Source of the DNA: an uncultured delta proteobacterium
GTDB taxonomy: Bacteria; Desulfobacterota; Binatia; Binatales; Binataceae
Assembly (NCBI GenBank): GCA_963808235.1
Contig: CAWEEQ010000004.1
Coordinates: 1,664,001 to 1,728,000 of the forward strand
Length of the DNA stretch: 64,000 nt
Direction: 5' to 3'
Part shown: positions 56,169 to 64,000 of the stretch, piece by piece
How positions within the stretch are numbered: position 1 is the first letter of the stretch
Layout: each line of letters opens with the position of its first letter
Position numbers and translations under genes: made by a program
Notes under the pieces: model-generated
Databases searched by the model: none
Seen by the model: only the letters and a program-made list of their open reading frames with translations
Told to the model about the DNA's origin: nothing

Positions 56169-56672
56169 TCAGGCGAAGCGGAGCTTCAACTTGGAAATAA
56201 TCTCGGCGTGACGACCGCCGCTCGCGCTGAACTCGATCCGACGCAAGTTCGCGCCCGCGTAGCTGATTCTCACCGACAGATAGTCCATCCCGGACCCTTC
56301 GCGCAGGCGCTCGAACCATTCGACCGCCGCGATCCCCTCGGAGAACAGGTACTCGCGAAGGCCCAAGTCGTCCAGACCGACCGTGTCGAGGCGGTAGAGA
56401 TCGATGTGGAATAGCGGCAAGCGCCCATGATGCTCCTGGATCATCGTGAAGGTCGGGCTCAGGATATCTTCCTCGCGCAGCATGAGCCCGCGCGCGAGAC
56501 CCTTGATGAAGCAGGTCTTGCCCGCGCCCAGATCGCCGATAAGCCCGAGCAGCTCGCCGCCTTCGAGGATCGAGGCAAGCCGCCGTCCCCACGATTTGGT
56601 CTCGTGAGGCGAATGGCTCTCGATGATCAGCGTGATCAGCGCTGCTCCGGATTGCGTTGCGGCATTAGCCAT
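56169..56672 (-). CDS. tsaE: tRNA threonylcarbamoyladenosine biosynthesis ATPase
   Basis: GDLGAGKT, SPTF, HIDLYRL, VEW. Confidence 0.95.
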   Translation of the reverse strand: MANAATQSGAALITLIIESHSPHETKSWGRRLASILEGGELLGLIGDLGAGKTCFIKGLARGLMLREEDILSPTFTMIQEHHGRLPLFHIDLYRLDTVGLDDLGLREYLFSEGIAAVEWFERLREGSGMDYLSVRISYAGANLRRIEFSASGGRHAEIISKLKLRFA

Positions 56673-56705
56673 TTCAATTACTCAGTCGATTATATGGTAG
56701 CGCAA

Positions 56706-58262
56706 CTATCGCGATAGTGCTTCCAGTGCCGCAGGCAGCTCGTCGATTAGATCGCCCGCGATATAGCCGACGTGGCCCATCCTCGCCGCAACCCGATCCG
56801 CCGCGTGCCCGTGCACGAAAACGCCGAGCGCGAGCGCGTCGAGCGGTGCCATGCCCCGCGCCAGCATCGCACCGACGATGCCCGAGAGCGCATCGCCCAT
56901 CCCGGGCGTGGACATCCCGGGGTTTCCGCTCGAGTTGACGTAGATGTCGCCGCTCGGCGACGCGATTACTGAGTGCGCCCCCTTGATCAACACCGTCGCG
57001 CCGGTGCGCTCGGCCAATCGACGCGCCGCGGTGATCCGATCGTCGTTAATGACTTCGCTAGTCACGTCGAGCAAGCGCGCGGCTTCTCCCGGATGAGGCG
57101 TCAGGACGACCGCGCCTCGCGCTCGTTTGGCGGTCTCGCATCCAAGCTCCGCGAGCGCATTCAGCCCGTCAGCGTCGAGCAGCAATGGCCGCGCTACTTC
57201 GCACGCGTCGACGAGCAGCCATTCGACGAGTCGCCGCGTATCGTCGCTAACGCCGATTCCGGGACCCGCGATCAGCGCGCTCTTGCCCGCCAGGATCATC
57301 TTCAATGCGTCCGGCGCGTGACCACCATCAAAGTGCCCGTCGCGATCGGCGACCGGCTCGGTCATCAGCTCGGCCTGTCCGGCGGCGACGATCGACGCCA
57401 CCGTTTCCGGGACCGCAGCCGTGACGAGACCCGCGCCGGTCCTGAGCGCCGCACGCGAAGCGAGAAGTGCTGCGCCCGATTTTCCGCGCGCGCCGGCGAT
57501 TACCAGCGGATGCCCAAACATTCCCTTGTGCGAGTTCTCCCCACGCGGGCTCAGAAGATGGCGAATGTCCGCGCGCTCGAGGAATCGGCCGCGCGGAGCT
57601 ATCTCTTCGATCGCATGCGCGGCGAAACCGATATCGACGACGCGCAACTCGCCTGCGCACTCCGCGCCGGGGTACGAAACGTGGCCGAACTTTGCGAAGC
57701 CGAACGTAACGGTCAATGCCGCGCGGACTGCCGCGCCCATGATTGCTCCGCTGTCGGCGTTCACTCCCGACGCGATATCGACTGCTACGATCGGAACTCC
57801 AAATGACTCGACAATTTCGATCGCGCGGCGCGATGCACCCTTAACTTCGGCGTTGAGTCCGGTCCCGAAGATCGCGTCGATAACAGCGCTGGGCGCCCTT
57901 CCGAGCGCTACTCTTTCGAGAGCCTCCGCGTCGCCCGCCTCGATCACTTCGCCGCCCGACGCCATGAAATCCGCATGCGCGCGAGCTGCGTCGCCCTTCA
58001 AATCGGCCACGCGTCCGAGCACCGCCGTCCTCACCCCGAAGCCGTCGCGCATCAGGCGACGCGCCGCGACCAATCCGTCGCCACCGTTATTGCCCTTGCC
58101 CGCGACGACCAGAACGTCGGTCGTCGATTCAGGAAATCGCTCGACCAATGCGTCCGCGACCGCCTCGCCCGCGCGCGTCATCAGGGAGTACGACGCGATG
58201 CCGTATTTTTCCTGGCTGATACGATCGAGTTCGCGGCTTTCGGCGGCGTTGAGCAAAATCAT
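56706..58262 (-). CDS. nnr: Bifunctional NAD(P)H-hydrate epimerase/dehydratase (YjeF)
   Basis: GKGNNGGDG, DAIFGTG, VDI.SG, HKG..G, GPG.G, DADG, TPHPGE, GMGDAL. Confidence 0.94.
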   Translation of the reverse strand: MILLNAAESRELDRISQEKYGIASYSLMTRAGEAVADALVERFPESTTDVLVVAGKGNNGGDGLVAARRLMRDGFGVRTAVLGRVADLKGDAARAHADFMASGGEVIEAGDAEALERVALGRAPSAVIDAIFGTGLNAEVKGASRRAIEIVESFGVPIVAVDIASGVNADSGAIMGAAVRAALTVTFGFAKFGHVSYPGAECAGELRVVDIGFAAHAIEEIAPRGRFLERADIRHLLSPRGENSHKGMFGHPLVIAGARGKSGAALLASRAALRTGAGLVTAAVPETVASIVAAGQAELMTEPVADRDGHFDGGHAPDALKMILAGKSALIAGPGIGVSDDTRRLVEWLLVDACEVARPLLLDADGLNALAELGCETAKRARGAVVLTPHPGEAARLLDVTSEVINDDRITAARRLAERTGATVLIKGAHSVIASPSGDIYVNSSGNPGMSTPGMGDALSGIVGAMLARGMAPLDALALGVFVHGHAADRVAARMGHVGYIAGDLIDELPAALEALSR

Positions 58263-58360
58263 CGTCAGTAGTCCCGGTAAAAATATTACACCATGATCGC
58301 GACTCACGAATGCCCATGACGCTGGACTGGTTCATTCGCTCTGCTAGCCTCGATGTCTAA

Positions 58361-59134
58361 ATGATTCGGCTCAGCGTCAACGTCAACAAAGTTGCACTCT
58401 TAAGGAATGCACGCGGCGGAAATCTTCCCGACGTGGTTACCGCGGCGCGCGCCTGCATATCCGCCGGATGCCACGGGATAACGGTTCATCCGCGTCCCGA
58501 CGCGCGGCATATCACTTTTCGCGACGTTTTCGATCTCGCCGCGATGCTGACCGTCGAATTCAATATCGAAGGCTACCCGAGCGCCGAGTTTCTCGACCTG
58601 GTGGTCAAAGTGCGGCCGACCCAGGCGACGCTGGTGCCCGACGCTCCCACTGTGCTGACCTCGAATGCGGGATGGAATCTGAGCGCCGGCGCCGATTGGC
58701 TGCGCGACGTGCTCGCGCGACTGCGCGACGCGGGCATCCGAACCAGTCTCTTCATGGAGCCCGACCCCCATCAAATCAGGCGCGCGCAGAAACTCGGCGC
58801 GGATCGGATCGAGCTATACACCGGCCCGTACGCCGCCGCTTTCGGCACCCCCGGCGGCAACAAGATTCTCACGGCGCATCGCGAGGCGGCGCATCTCGCA
58901 CGCGAAATCGGACTCGGCGTCAACGCCGGCCACGATCTCGATCTCGTCAACATCCCGGCGTATGCGCGCGCGGTCAAAGGCTTGCAGGAAGTCTCGATCG
59001 GCCACGCGCTGATCAGCGACGCGCTTTACATGGGCCTGACGCGCACGGTGAAGGCGTATCTGAAGGCGCTGGGCTCAACGCCGCCCGGTGGCGCGAAGCT
59101 CGAACGGGTGAGACGACCTCGTCTACTTAATTGA
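58361..59134 (+). CDS. pdxJ: Pyridoxine 5'-phosphate synthase
   Basis: LSVNVNKVALLRNAR, GITVHPRPD.RH, NIEG, TLVPD, IELYTG, NAGHDL, EVSIGHA. Confidence 0.95.
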   Translation: MIRLSVNVNKVALLRNARGGNLPDVVTAARACISAGCHGITVHPRPDARHITFRDVFDLAAMLTVEFNIEGYPSAEFLDLVVKVRPTQATLVPDAPTVLTSNAGWNLSAGADWLRDVLARLRDAGIRTSLFMEPDPHQIRRAQKLGADRIELYTGPYAAAFGTPGGNKILTAHREAAHLAREIGLGVNAGHDLDLVNIPAYARAVKGLQEVSIGHALISDALYMGLTRTVKAYLKALGSTPPGGAKLERVRRPRLLN

Positions 59135-59155
59135 AATTGATCCGGATCGATCCGG

Positions 59156-60523
59156 TCAGAGCACGCCGGCAGATTTGCGGATCGCGGCGCCGATTTCATC
59201 GGCCATCGTTTTGATCTGGCCGGCGTCCTCGCCCTCGACCATCACCCGCGCCATCATCTCGGTTCCGGAATATCGCACCAGCAGACGGCCACACCCCGCG
59301 AGCCGGCGCTCTGCGTCGGCGATGATTCGCTGCACGTCGGGCATCTCGCCGAGCGGCACGCGTTGGCGGACGCGCACGTTCTCGAGGACCTGGGGCACGC
59401 GGCGCATCGCGCGCAGCTCGCTAAGCGGGCGGCCGCTCTCGGAGAGCATCGCCAGCACCATCAACGCGCTGATAAGGCCGTCGCCAGTGGTGGAATGATC
59501 CATGAAGATCACGTGGCCCGACTGCTCGCCGCCGAGATTGTAGGAATTGAGCCGCATCTCCCGCGCCACTGCGGGATCGCCGACTTCGGTGCGGACCAGG
59601 CGCACGCCCGCGTCGCGCAGGGCGATTTCGAGTCCGAAGTTGCTCATCACGGTCGCGACCACGGCGTTGCCGGCGAGCTTGCCGTCGGCGGAGAGCTTGC
59701 GCCCGAGCATCGCCATAACGTCGTCGCCGTCGTACACTTCGCCGCGTTCATCGATCAGCATCACACGATCGCCGTCGCCGTCGAGCGCGATACCGACGTT
59801 TGCATGCTCGCGGAGAACCGTTTCGCGAATCAGGTCCAGGTGCACCGCGCCGCAATTCAAGTTGATATTCTTGCCGTCGGGATCGACCGCGACCGCGACC
59901 ACGTCGGCGCCCAACTCCTCGAGTGCATCGGGCCCCACCTTGTAGGCCGCGCCGTTGGCGCAGTCTATCGCGATCTTGAGCCCGTCCAGTCCAGCGTTGC
60001 GCGGCAGGCAGTTCTTGAGGAACACCAGGTATCGTCCGAGGGCGTCATCGATCCTGGTGGCCTTGCCGATGTCGTCGGCGCGGGCGCGATACTTCGCTAT
60101 GTCCGCATCGTCGAATACCAGCTCTTCGATGCGCTGCTCGGTCTCGTCGTCGAGCTTGAATCCCTCGCGCGAGAAAAATTTTATTCCGTTGTCCTGGAAG
60201 GGATTGTGCGAGGCTGAGATCACCACGCCCGCGTCGGCGCGCATGCTGCGGGTCAGAAACGCAATTGCCGGAGTGGGCAACGGACCCACCAGCCAGACAT
60301 CCACGCCCATCGAGCAAATCCCCGATTCCAGCGCGGTTTCGAGCATGTAGCCCGAGAGCCGCGTATCCTTTCCGATCAAAATGCGGCGATGACGCCCCGC
60401 GTTGTTTCGGAATACGTATGCGAGCGCCCGGCCGAGCCGAAGGGCGGTTTCAGAAGTAATCGGCTCCTGGTTGGCGACTCCGCGGACGCCGTCGGTGCCG
60501 AACAATTTACGATGGGTGCTCAT
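59156..60523 (-). CDS. glmM: Phosphoglucosamine mutase
   Basis: FGTDGVRG, GKDTRLSG, SASHNP, DGDGDR, GGEQSGH, RYSGTE. Confidence 0.96.
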   Translation of the reverse strand: MSTHRKLFGTDGVRGVANQEPITSETALRLGRALAYVFRNNAGRHRRILIGKDTRLSGYMLETALESGICSMGVDVWLVGPLPTPAIAFLTRSMRADAGVVISASHNPFQDNGIKFFSREGFKLDDETEQRIEELVFDDADIAKYRARADDIGKATRIDDALGRYLVFLKNCLPRNAGLDGLKIAIDCANGAAYKVGPDALEELGADVVAVAVDPDGKNINLNCGAVHLDLIRETVLREHANVGIALDGDGDRVMLIDERGEVYDGDDVMAMLGRKLSADGKLAGNAVVATVMSNFGLEIALRDAGVRLVRTEVGDPAVAREMRLNSYNLGGEQSGHVIFMDHSTTGDGLISALMVLAMLSESGRPLSELRAMRRVPQVLENVRVRQRVPLGEMPDVQRIIADAERRLAGCGRLLVRYSGTEMMARVMVEGEDAGQIKTMADEIGAAIRKSAGVL

Positions 60524-61490
60524 CGCCGCTGGTGACTAGCCTCTCCCGATACATCCTGAGTCTAACCTTGTCAGGCGACTGGCGCACCAACTGCATCCCC
60601 TTGGGCAGCGCGACCTGCAAAGGCAATTCGTGCGAGCCTGGCTCCAGGCCATCGGCATCCACGTAGGCGAGGCCCTTGGCGTCAAGCGTTGCGAGGCGAG
60701 TCGCGGGGCCACGAATCGTCAGCGTTGCCTGTTTGGGATCGACTCGAAACTTGAAGTCGCTGTCCTTGACCTGAACCTCGATCGCGCGGAATTCGCGATC
60801 GGTGATCATTTCCGAGACACTCACCTTTGCCTGCACGCGACCGGTGGAGAGTCCTACCGCTGGATCGGGCGGCGCGATACCTACCGTTCGGTTGGCGTCC
60901 GTGCTCAGGCCGTGCAGATCGAACGGCTCGGTGCCGATCGAGGTAAGCGGAGCGACGAAGCGGCTCGGGCCCATCGCAGTCACGCTCGGGGGGGTAATCT
61001 CGACTGACGAGATCTCATAGCCCGGCGCGACCTTGCGTTCGACCGAAAGATGGACCGGCAACTCACGAGTGATGTTGTGATCGATATCGAGCGCGAGTTG
61101 ATCGGGCGAGATGCTGGTTACGGTGGTCCCGCGCTTCGTGTTGAACATCGCGGGGAAGATCTTGAACTCCGACTGGCCGAAGGCGACTCCGGACAGGTCG
61201 AGCTTGAGCGTCATCTGTTCCGGATTCATAAGCGACAGAATCGTCCGCGGGCCGGAGACTTCAATTTTCACAAAATCGGGCGGATGATTCATGATCACCA
61301 TATCGGGCGGAAGCAGGCGGTAACTGATCGGGACGGTGAGCGACTCGACCGAGCCCTGCTCGCCGGCATTGACGAATACCCAGAGTCCCAGCGCGAGCAT
61401 CAGCGCCAGGAGGCGAAGGCCGGCGTTGCTAACGCGGAGCCGCGGCGCTCCACGAATCGCGAATGGCCTCATGAACTTCCCGAGTTTCAT
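60507..61490 (-). CDS. cdaR: CdaR/YbbR-like diadenylate cyclase regulator
   Basis: N-terminal TM (LALGLWVFV) plus three YbbR-like repeats with V.GP motifs; lies between cdaA and glmM. Confidence 0.85.
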   Translation of the reverse strand: MKLGKFMRPFAIRGAPRLRVSNAGLRLLALMLALGLWVFVNAGEQGSVESLTVPISYRLLPPDMVIMNHPPDFVKIEVSGPRTILSLMNPEQMTLKLDLSGVAFGQSEFKIFPAMFNTKRGTTVTSISPDQLALDIDHNITRELPVHLSVERKVAPGYEISSVEITPPSVTAMGPSRFVAPLTSIGTEPFDLHGLSTDANRTVGIAPPDPAVGLSTGRVQAKVSVSEMITDREFRAIEVQVKDSDFKFRVDPKQATLTIRGPATRLATLDAKGLAYVDADGLEPGSHELPLQVALPKGMQLVRQSPDKVRLRMYRERLVTSGDEHPS

Positions 61491-61501
61491 TTTGCGCGGC
61501 C

Positions 61502-62254
61502 CTAGCCCGGCAGCTTCCTCAGCGTCGACAGTACCCCGGCCGGTTCCACTCCACGAGTAAGGACGCCGCCGCGCGCGAGCGAAATTGTTCCATCTTCCTC
61601 GGATACCACCAGCACCACCGCGTCGCTGTCCTCGCTCATCCCGATCGCCGCGCGATGACGCGTGCCGAGCGATAGGCTCACGCTCGTATTCTGCGACAAT
61701 GGCAGCAGGCACGCCGCGGCCAATATGGTGTCCCCGCTGACGATCACGGCGCCGTCATGCAGCGGAGAGCCGTTCATGAAGATTGTTTCCAGCAACTCGG
61801 GCGAGACCTTCGCGTCGATAAAGCGGCCACTCTCGACAAACTCGGCAAGACCATCGTCTTGCTCGATAACGATCAGCGCGCCGACTCGGCGCGCCGACAG
61901 CCACGCCACCGCAGTGGCGATTTCGTCGGCCGCAGTGACGGCCGCGATGTTGCGCCCGAAGAACGATCTCGCACCGACCCGGGTCAGCGCACGGCGTATA
62001 TCGGCCTGAAAGATCACGACCAGTATCACGAACAGCGAACTCAGAAAGTTATTCAGCAACCAGTTGAGCGTGAACAGTCCCAGTACCTGCGACGCCACGA
62101 ATGCGCCACCAACGATAACCATCCCGAGCACCATCTGCATGGTGCGGGTGCCGCGAATCAGCAGTGCGACGCGGTAGATCACGTACGCGACGATCAGTAC
62201 GTCGAGAAGATCCTGCCACCTCGGTGGCGGTATCATTGGAATGTAACTATGCAT
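61502..62254 (-). CDS. cdaA: Diadenylate cyclase CdaA (DacA)
   Basis: 3 TM segments, IFQADIRR, GALIV, PLHDGAVI, GTRHRAA.G, VSEE.G. Confidence 0.94.
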   Translation of the reverse strand: MHSYIPMIPPPRWQDLLDVLIVAYVIYRVALLIRGTRTMQMVLGMVIVGGAFVASQVLGLFTLNWLLNNFLSSLFVILVVIFQADIRRALTRVGARSFFGRNIAAVTAADEIATAVAWLSARRVGALIVIEQDDGLAEFVESGRFIDAKVSPELLETIFMNGSPLHDGAVIVSGDTILAAACLLPLSQNTSVSLSLGTRHRAAIGMSEDSDAVVLVVSEEDGTISLARGGVLTRGVEPAGVLSTLRKLPG

Positions 62255-63128
62255 CGCGCCTGAAACGCCGGTCCCGGCCCGCGCTCGCCGCGGCCATTCG
62301 CACCACCGATACGGCCGCGCTAACGTCGTGCACTCGCACGATCGATACGCCGCTTGCGATCGCGAGCGCATTCACCGCCGCCGTACCAAGCTCCAACTCG
62401 CGCTCGCTCGCGCCGGCTATCCTGGCTACGAAAGTTTTTCGCGACGCGCCCACCAATATCGGATAGCCGAGCGCGCACAGCGCGGGCAAGGCGGCGATCA
62501 ACTTTAGATTATGCTCAGCAGTTTTAGCGAAGCCTAGACCCGGATCGAGCACGATTCGCAAGCGCGCGATTCCCCAAGCTTCCGCAAATCGCGCGCGCTC
62601 AGCCAGGTAGTTCGTGACTTCGCGGACCACGTCGCGGTAGCGCGCGAACTTGATATGGTCGGCGGGACCGCCGCGCATATGCATCAGCACCACCGCGCAT
62701 TTCGTATCCGCGGCAAGCCGCCCCATTTCGGGATCGTGCCCGAGCGCGGTCACATCGTTGATGATCGCAGCACCCGAATCGAGTGCGATACGGGCGACCG
62801 CAGCGCGTCGCGTATCGATCGAGAATGGAATCCCAAGCTCCCGCCCAAGCCGCGCGAGGACCGGGCGCACCCGCTCCAACTCCACTTCGACCGGGACTTC
62901 ACGTGCACCCACCGGCTTGGTCGATTCGCCGCCTACGTCGATCAGGTCGGCGCCGGCGGCCTCCATAGCGAGTGCATACTCGAGTGCGCGGCCTGGATCG
63001 AGGTAGCGCCCCCCGTCCGAGAACGAATCGGGAGTGACGTTGAGCACGCCCATGACCGCGGGAAACTTGATGACCCTGCCGTCGCGAAGTTTCACACTTG
63101 TGGGAATCGCGCGCGATGTCTCACGCAT
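62247..63128 (-). CDS. folP: Dihydropteroate synthase
   Basis: MGVLNVTPDSFSDGG, DVGGEST, SIDT, IND, LMHM, DPG.GF, GASRK, RVHDV; start approximate. Confidence 0.95.
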   Translation of the reverse strand: MRETSRAIPTSVKLRDGRVIKFPAVMGVLNVTPDSFSDGGRYLDPGRALEYALAMEAAGADLIDVGGESTKPVGAREVPVEVELERVRPVLARLGRELGIPFSIDTRRAAVARIALDSGAAIINDVTALGHDPEMGRLAADTKCAVVLMHMRGGPADHIKFARYRDVVREVTNYLAERARFAEAWGIARLRIVLDPGLGFAKTAEHNLKLIAALPALCALGYPILVGASRKTFVARIAGASERELELGTAAVNALAIASGVSIVRVHDVSAAVSVVRMAAASAGRDRRFRRDA

Positions 63129-63276
63129 GCCGGAGCTACGAACCGAGTTGGGGATTTTAACCGCGCGCATCGGACCTGCCAGCCTCCGCTTGCCCCGCAT
63201 CCACGCACGTTCGTCGCGGAAAATAACCGCGCCGCAGACCCGATCGATTTACACGCTTAGCTGATCGCTGAAGCGT

Positions 63277-64000
63277 TCAGACCAGTACCGGCTTGGGCGG
63301 CAGTCCAGGCACCGGAGCCTCGTCGTCGGCACGTTTCTCTTTGCCCGCATCCGGGCCCGGACGCGGCGGAAAATCGTTGCGCACCGGCGCCGCCGACGGA
63401 GGCATCTCGCGCCCTTCACGAAACGCCGTCACCATCGCCTCGACTTCGCTGCCGTCGAGCACTTCCTTGTCGAGCAGGCGCGTCGCGATCTCATGGAGCA
63501 ACGGCAGATGGTCCGACAGTAGCTGACGCGCCTTTTGATAGGCGTCGTCGATAATCCGCCGCACTTCGCGATCGATCTCTAGCGCGGTGTGCTCGGAATA
63601 GTCCTTATGGTGCGCGATATCGCGGCCGAGAAAAACCTGCTCCTCGCGACGCCCGAACGTCATCGGGCCGAGCTCCTTGCTCATGCCCCATTCGCAGACC
63701 ATCTTGCGCGCAAGCTCGGTCGCCTTTTCGATATCGTTTCCGGCGCCGGTGGTCATGTGCCCGAAGATCAGTTCCTCAGCCGTGCGTCCGCCGAACATCA
63801 CCGCAAGCCGCGTCATCAGGTAGTCGCGCGGATAGGTGTAGCGATCGTCGAGCGGCAGTTGCTGGGTCACGCCCAGCGCCATCCCGCGCGGAATTATCGT
63901 AACTTTATGGACCGGATCGGCGCCCGGCTGGAGCATCGCGACGAGCGCATGGCCGCCCTCGTGATACGCGATTATCTTGCGTTCCTTCGCGGACATCACC
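63277..64000 (-). CDS. ftsH: ATP-dependent zinc metalloprotease FtsH (C-terminal part; 5' end outside the window)
   Basis: AYHEGGH, KVTIIPRG.ALG, GGR.AEE, TGA.ND, ARKMV..WGMS. Confidence 0.96.
   Translation of the reverse strand, partial: VMSAKERKIIAYHEGGHALVAMLQPGADPVHKVTIIPRGMALGVTQQLPLDDRYTYPRDYLMTRLAVMFGGRTAEELIFGHMTTGAGNDIEKATELARKMVCEWGMSKELGPMTFGRREEQVFLGRDIAHHKDYSEHTALEIDREVRRIIDDAYQKARQLLSDHLPLLHEIATRLLDKEVLDGSEVEAMVTAFREGREMPPSAAPVRNDFPPRPGPDAGKEKRADDEAPVPGLPPKPVLV

Overview
GC-rich bacterial chromosomal segment. Its gene order resembles delta-proteobacteria, and two hypothetical families match ones I recall as expanded in Candidatus Binatia (Binatota), so the lineage call is inference. 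The core is housekeeping: pgm, pgsA-tRNA-Gly, nadB, clpS-clpA, rmuC, rnpB, tRNA-Ile2, dnaG, prmA-rsmE-gshB-tRNA-Phe, clpP, and the long minus-strand run ftsH-folP-cdaA-cdaR-glmM-(pdxJ)-nnr-tsaE-lysC-cimA-cysE-iscS-mnmA-mtaB-rnc-era-der-guaA-gltX. Three accessory patches interrupt it: a repeat-rich zone at about 17.6-23 kb around a MESH1-like hydrolase, an ArsA-like ATPase and rnpB; a tRNA-Phe-anchored islet at about 29.5-32.3 kb followed by small genes; and an insertion with an IS1-like remnant at 54.3-56.2 kb. nadB and gshB each carry one extra base. I found no CRISPR array, intact prophage, retron or intact transposase, and no unambiguous new multi-gene system. The best leads are: a FemAB-like GNAT placed head-to-head with clpS-clpA where aat is absent (candidate N-degron writer); a family of covarying multi-hairpin repeats and direct-repeat-bounded cassettes; a recurrent leaderless-mRNA signature; a sigma54-driven secreted His/Trp/Asp repeat protein; and an inverted pdxJ of a different subtype at the expected locus.
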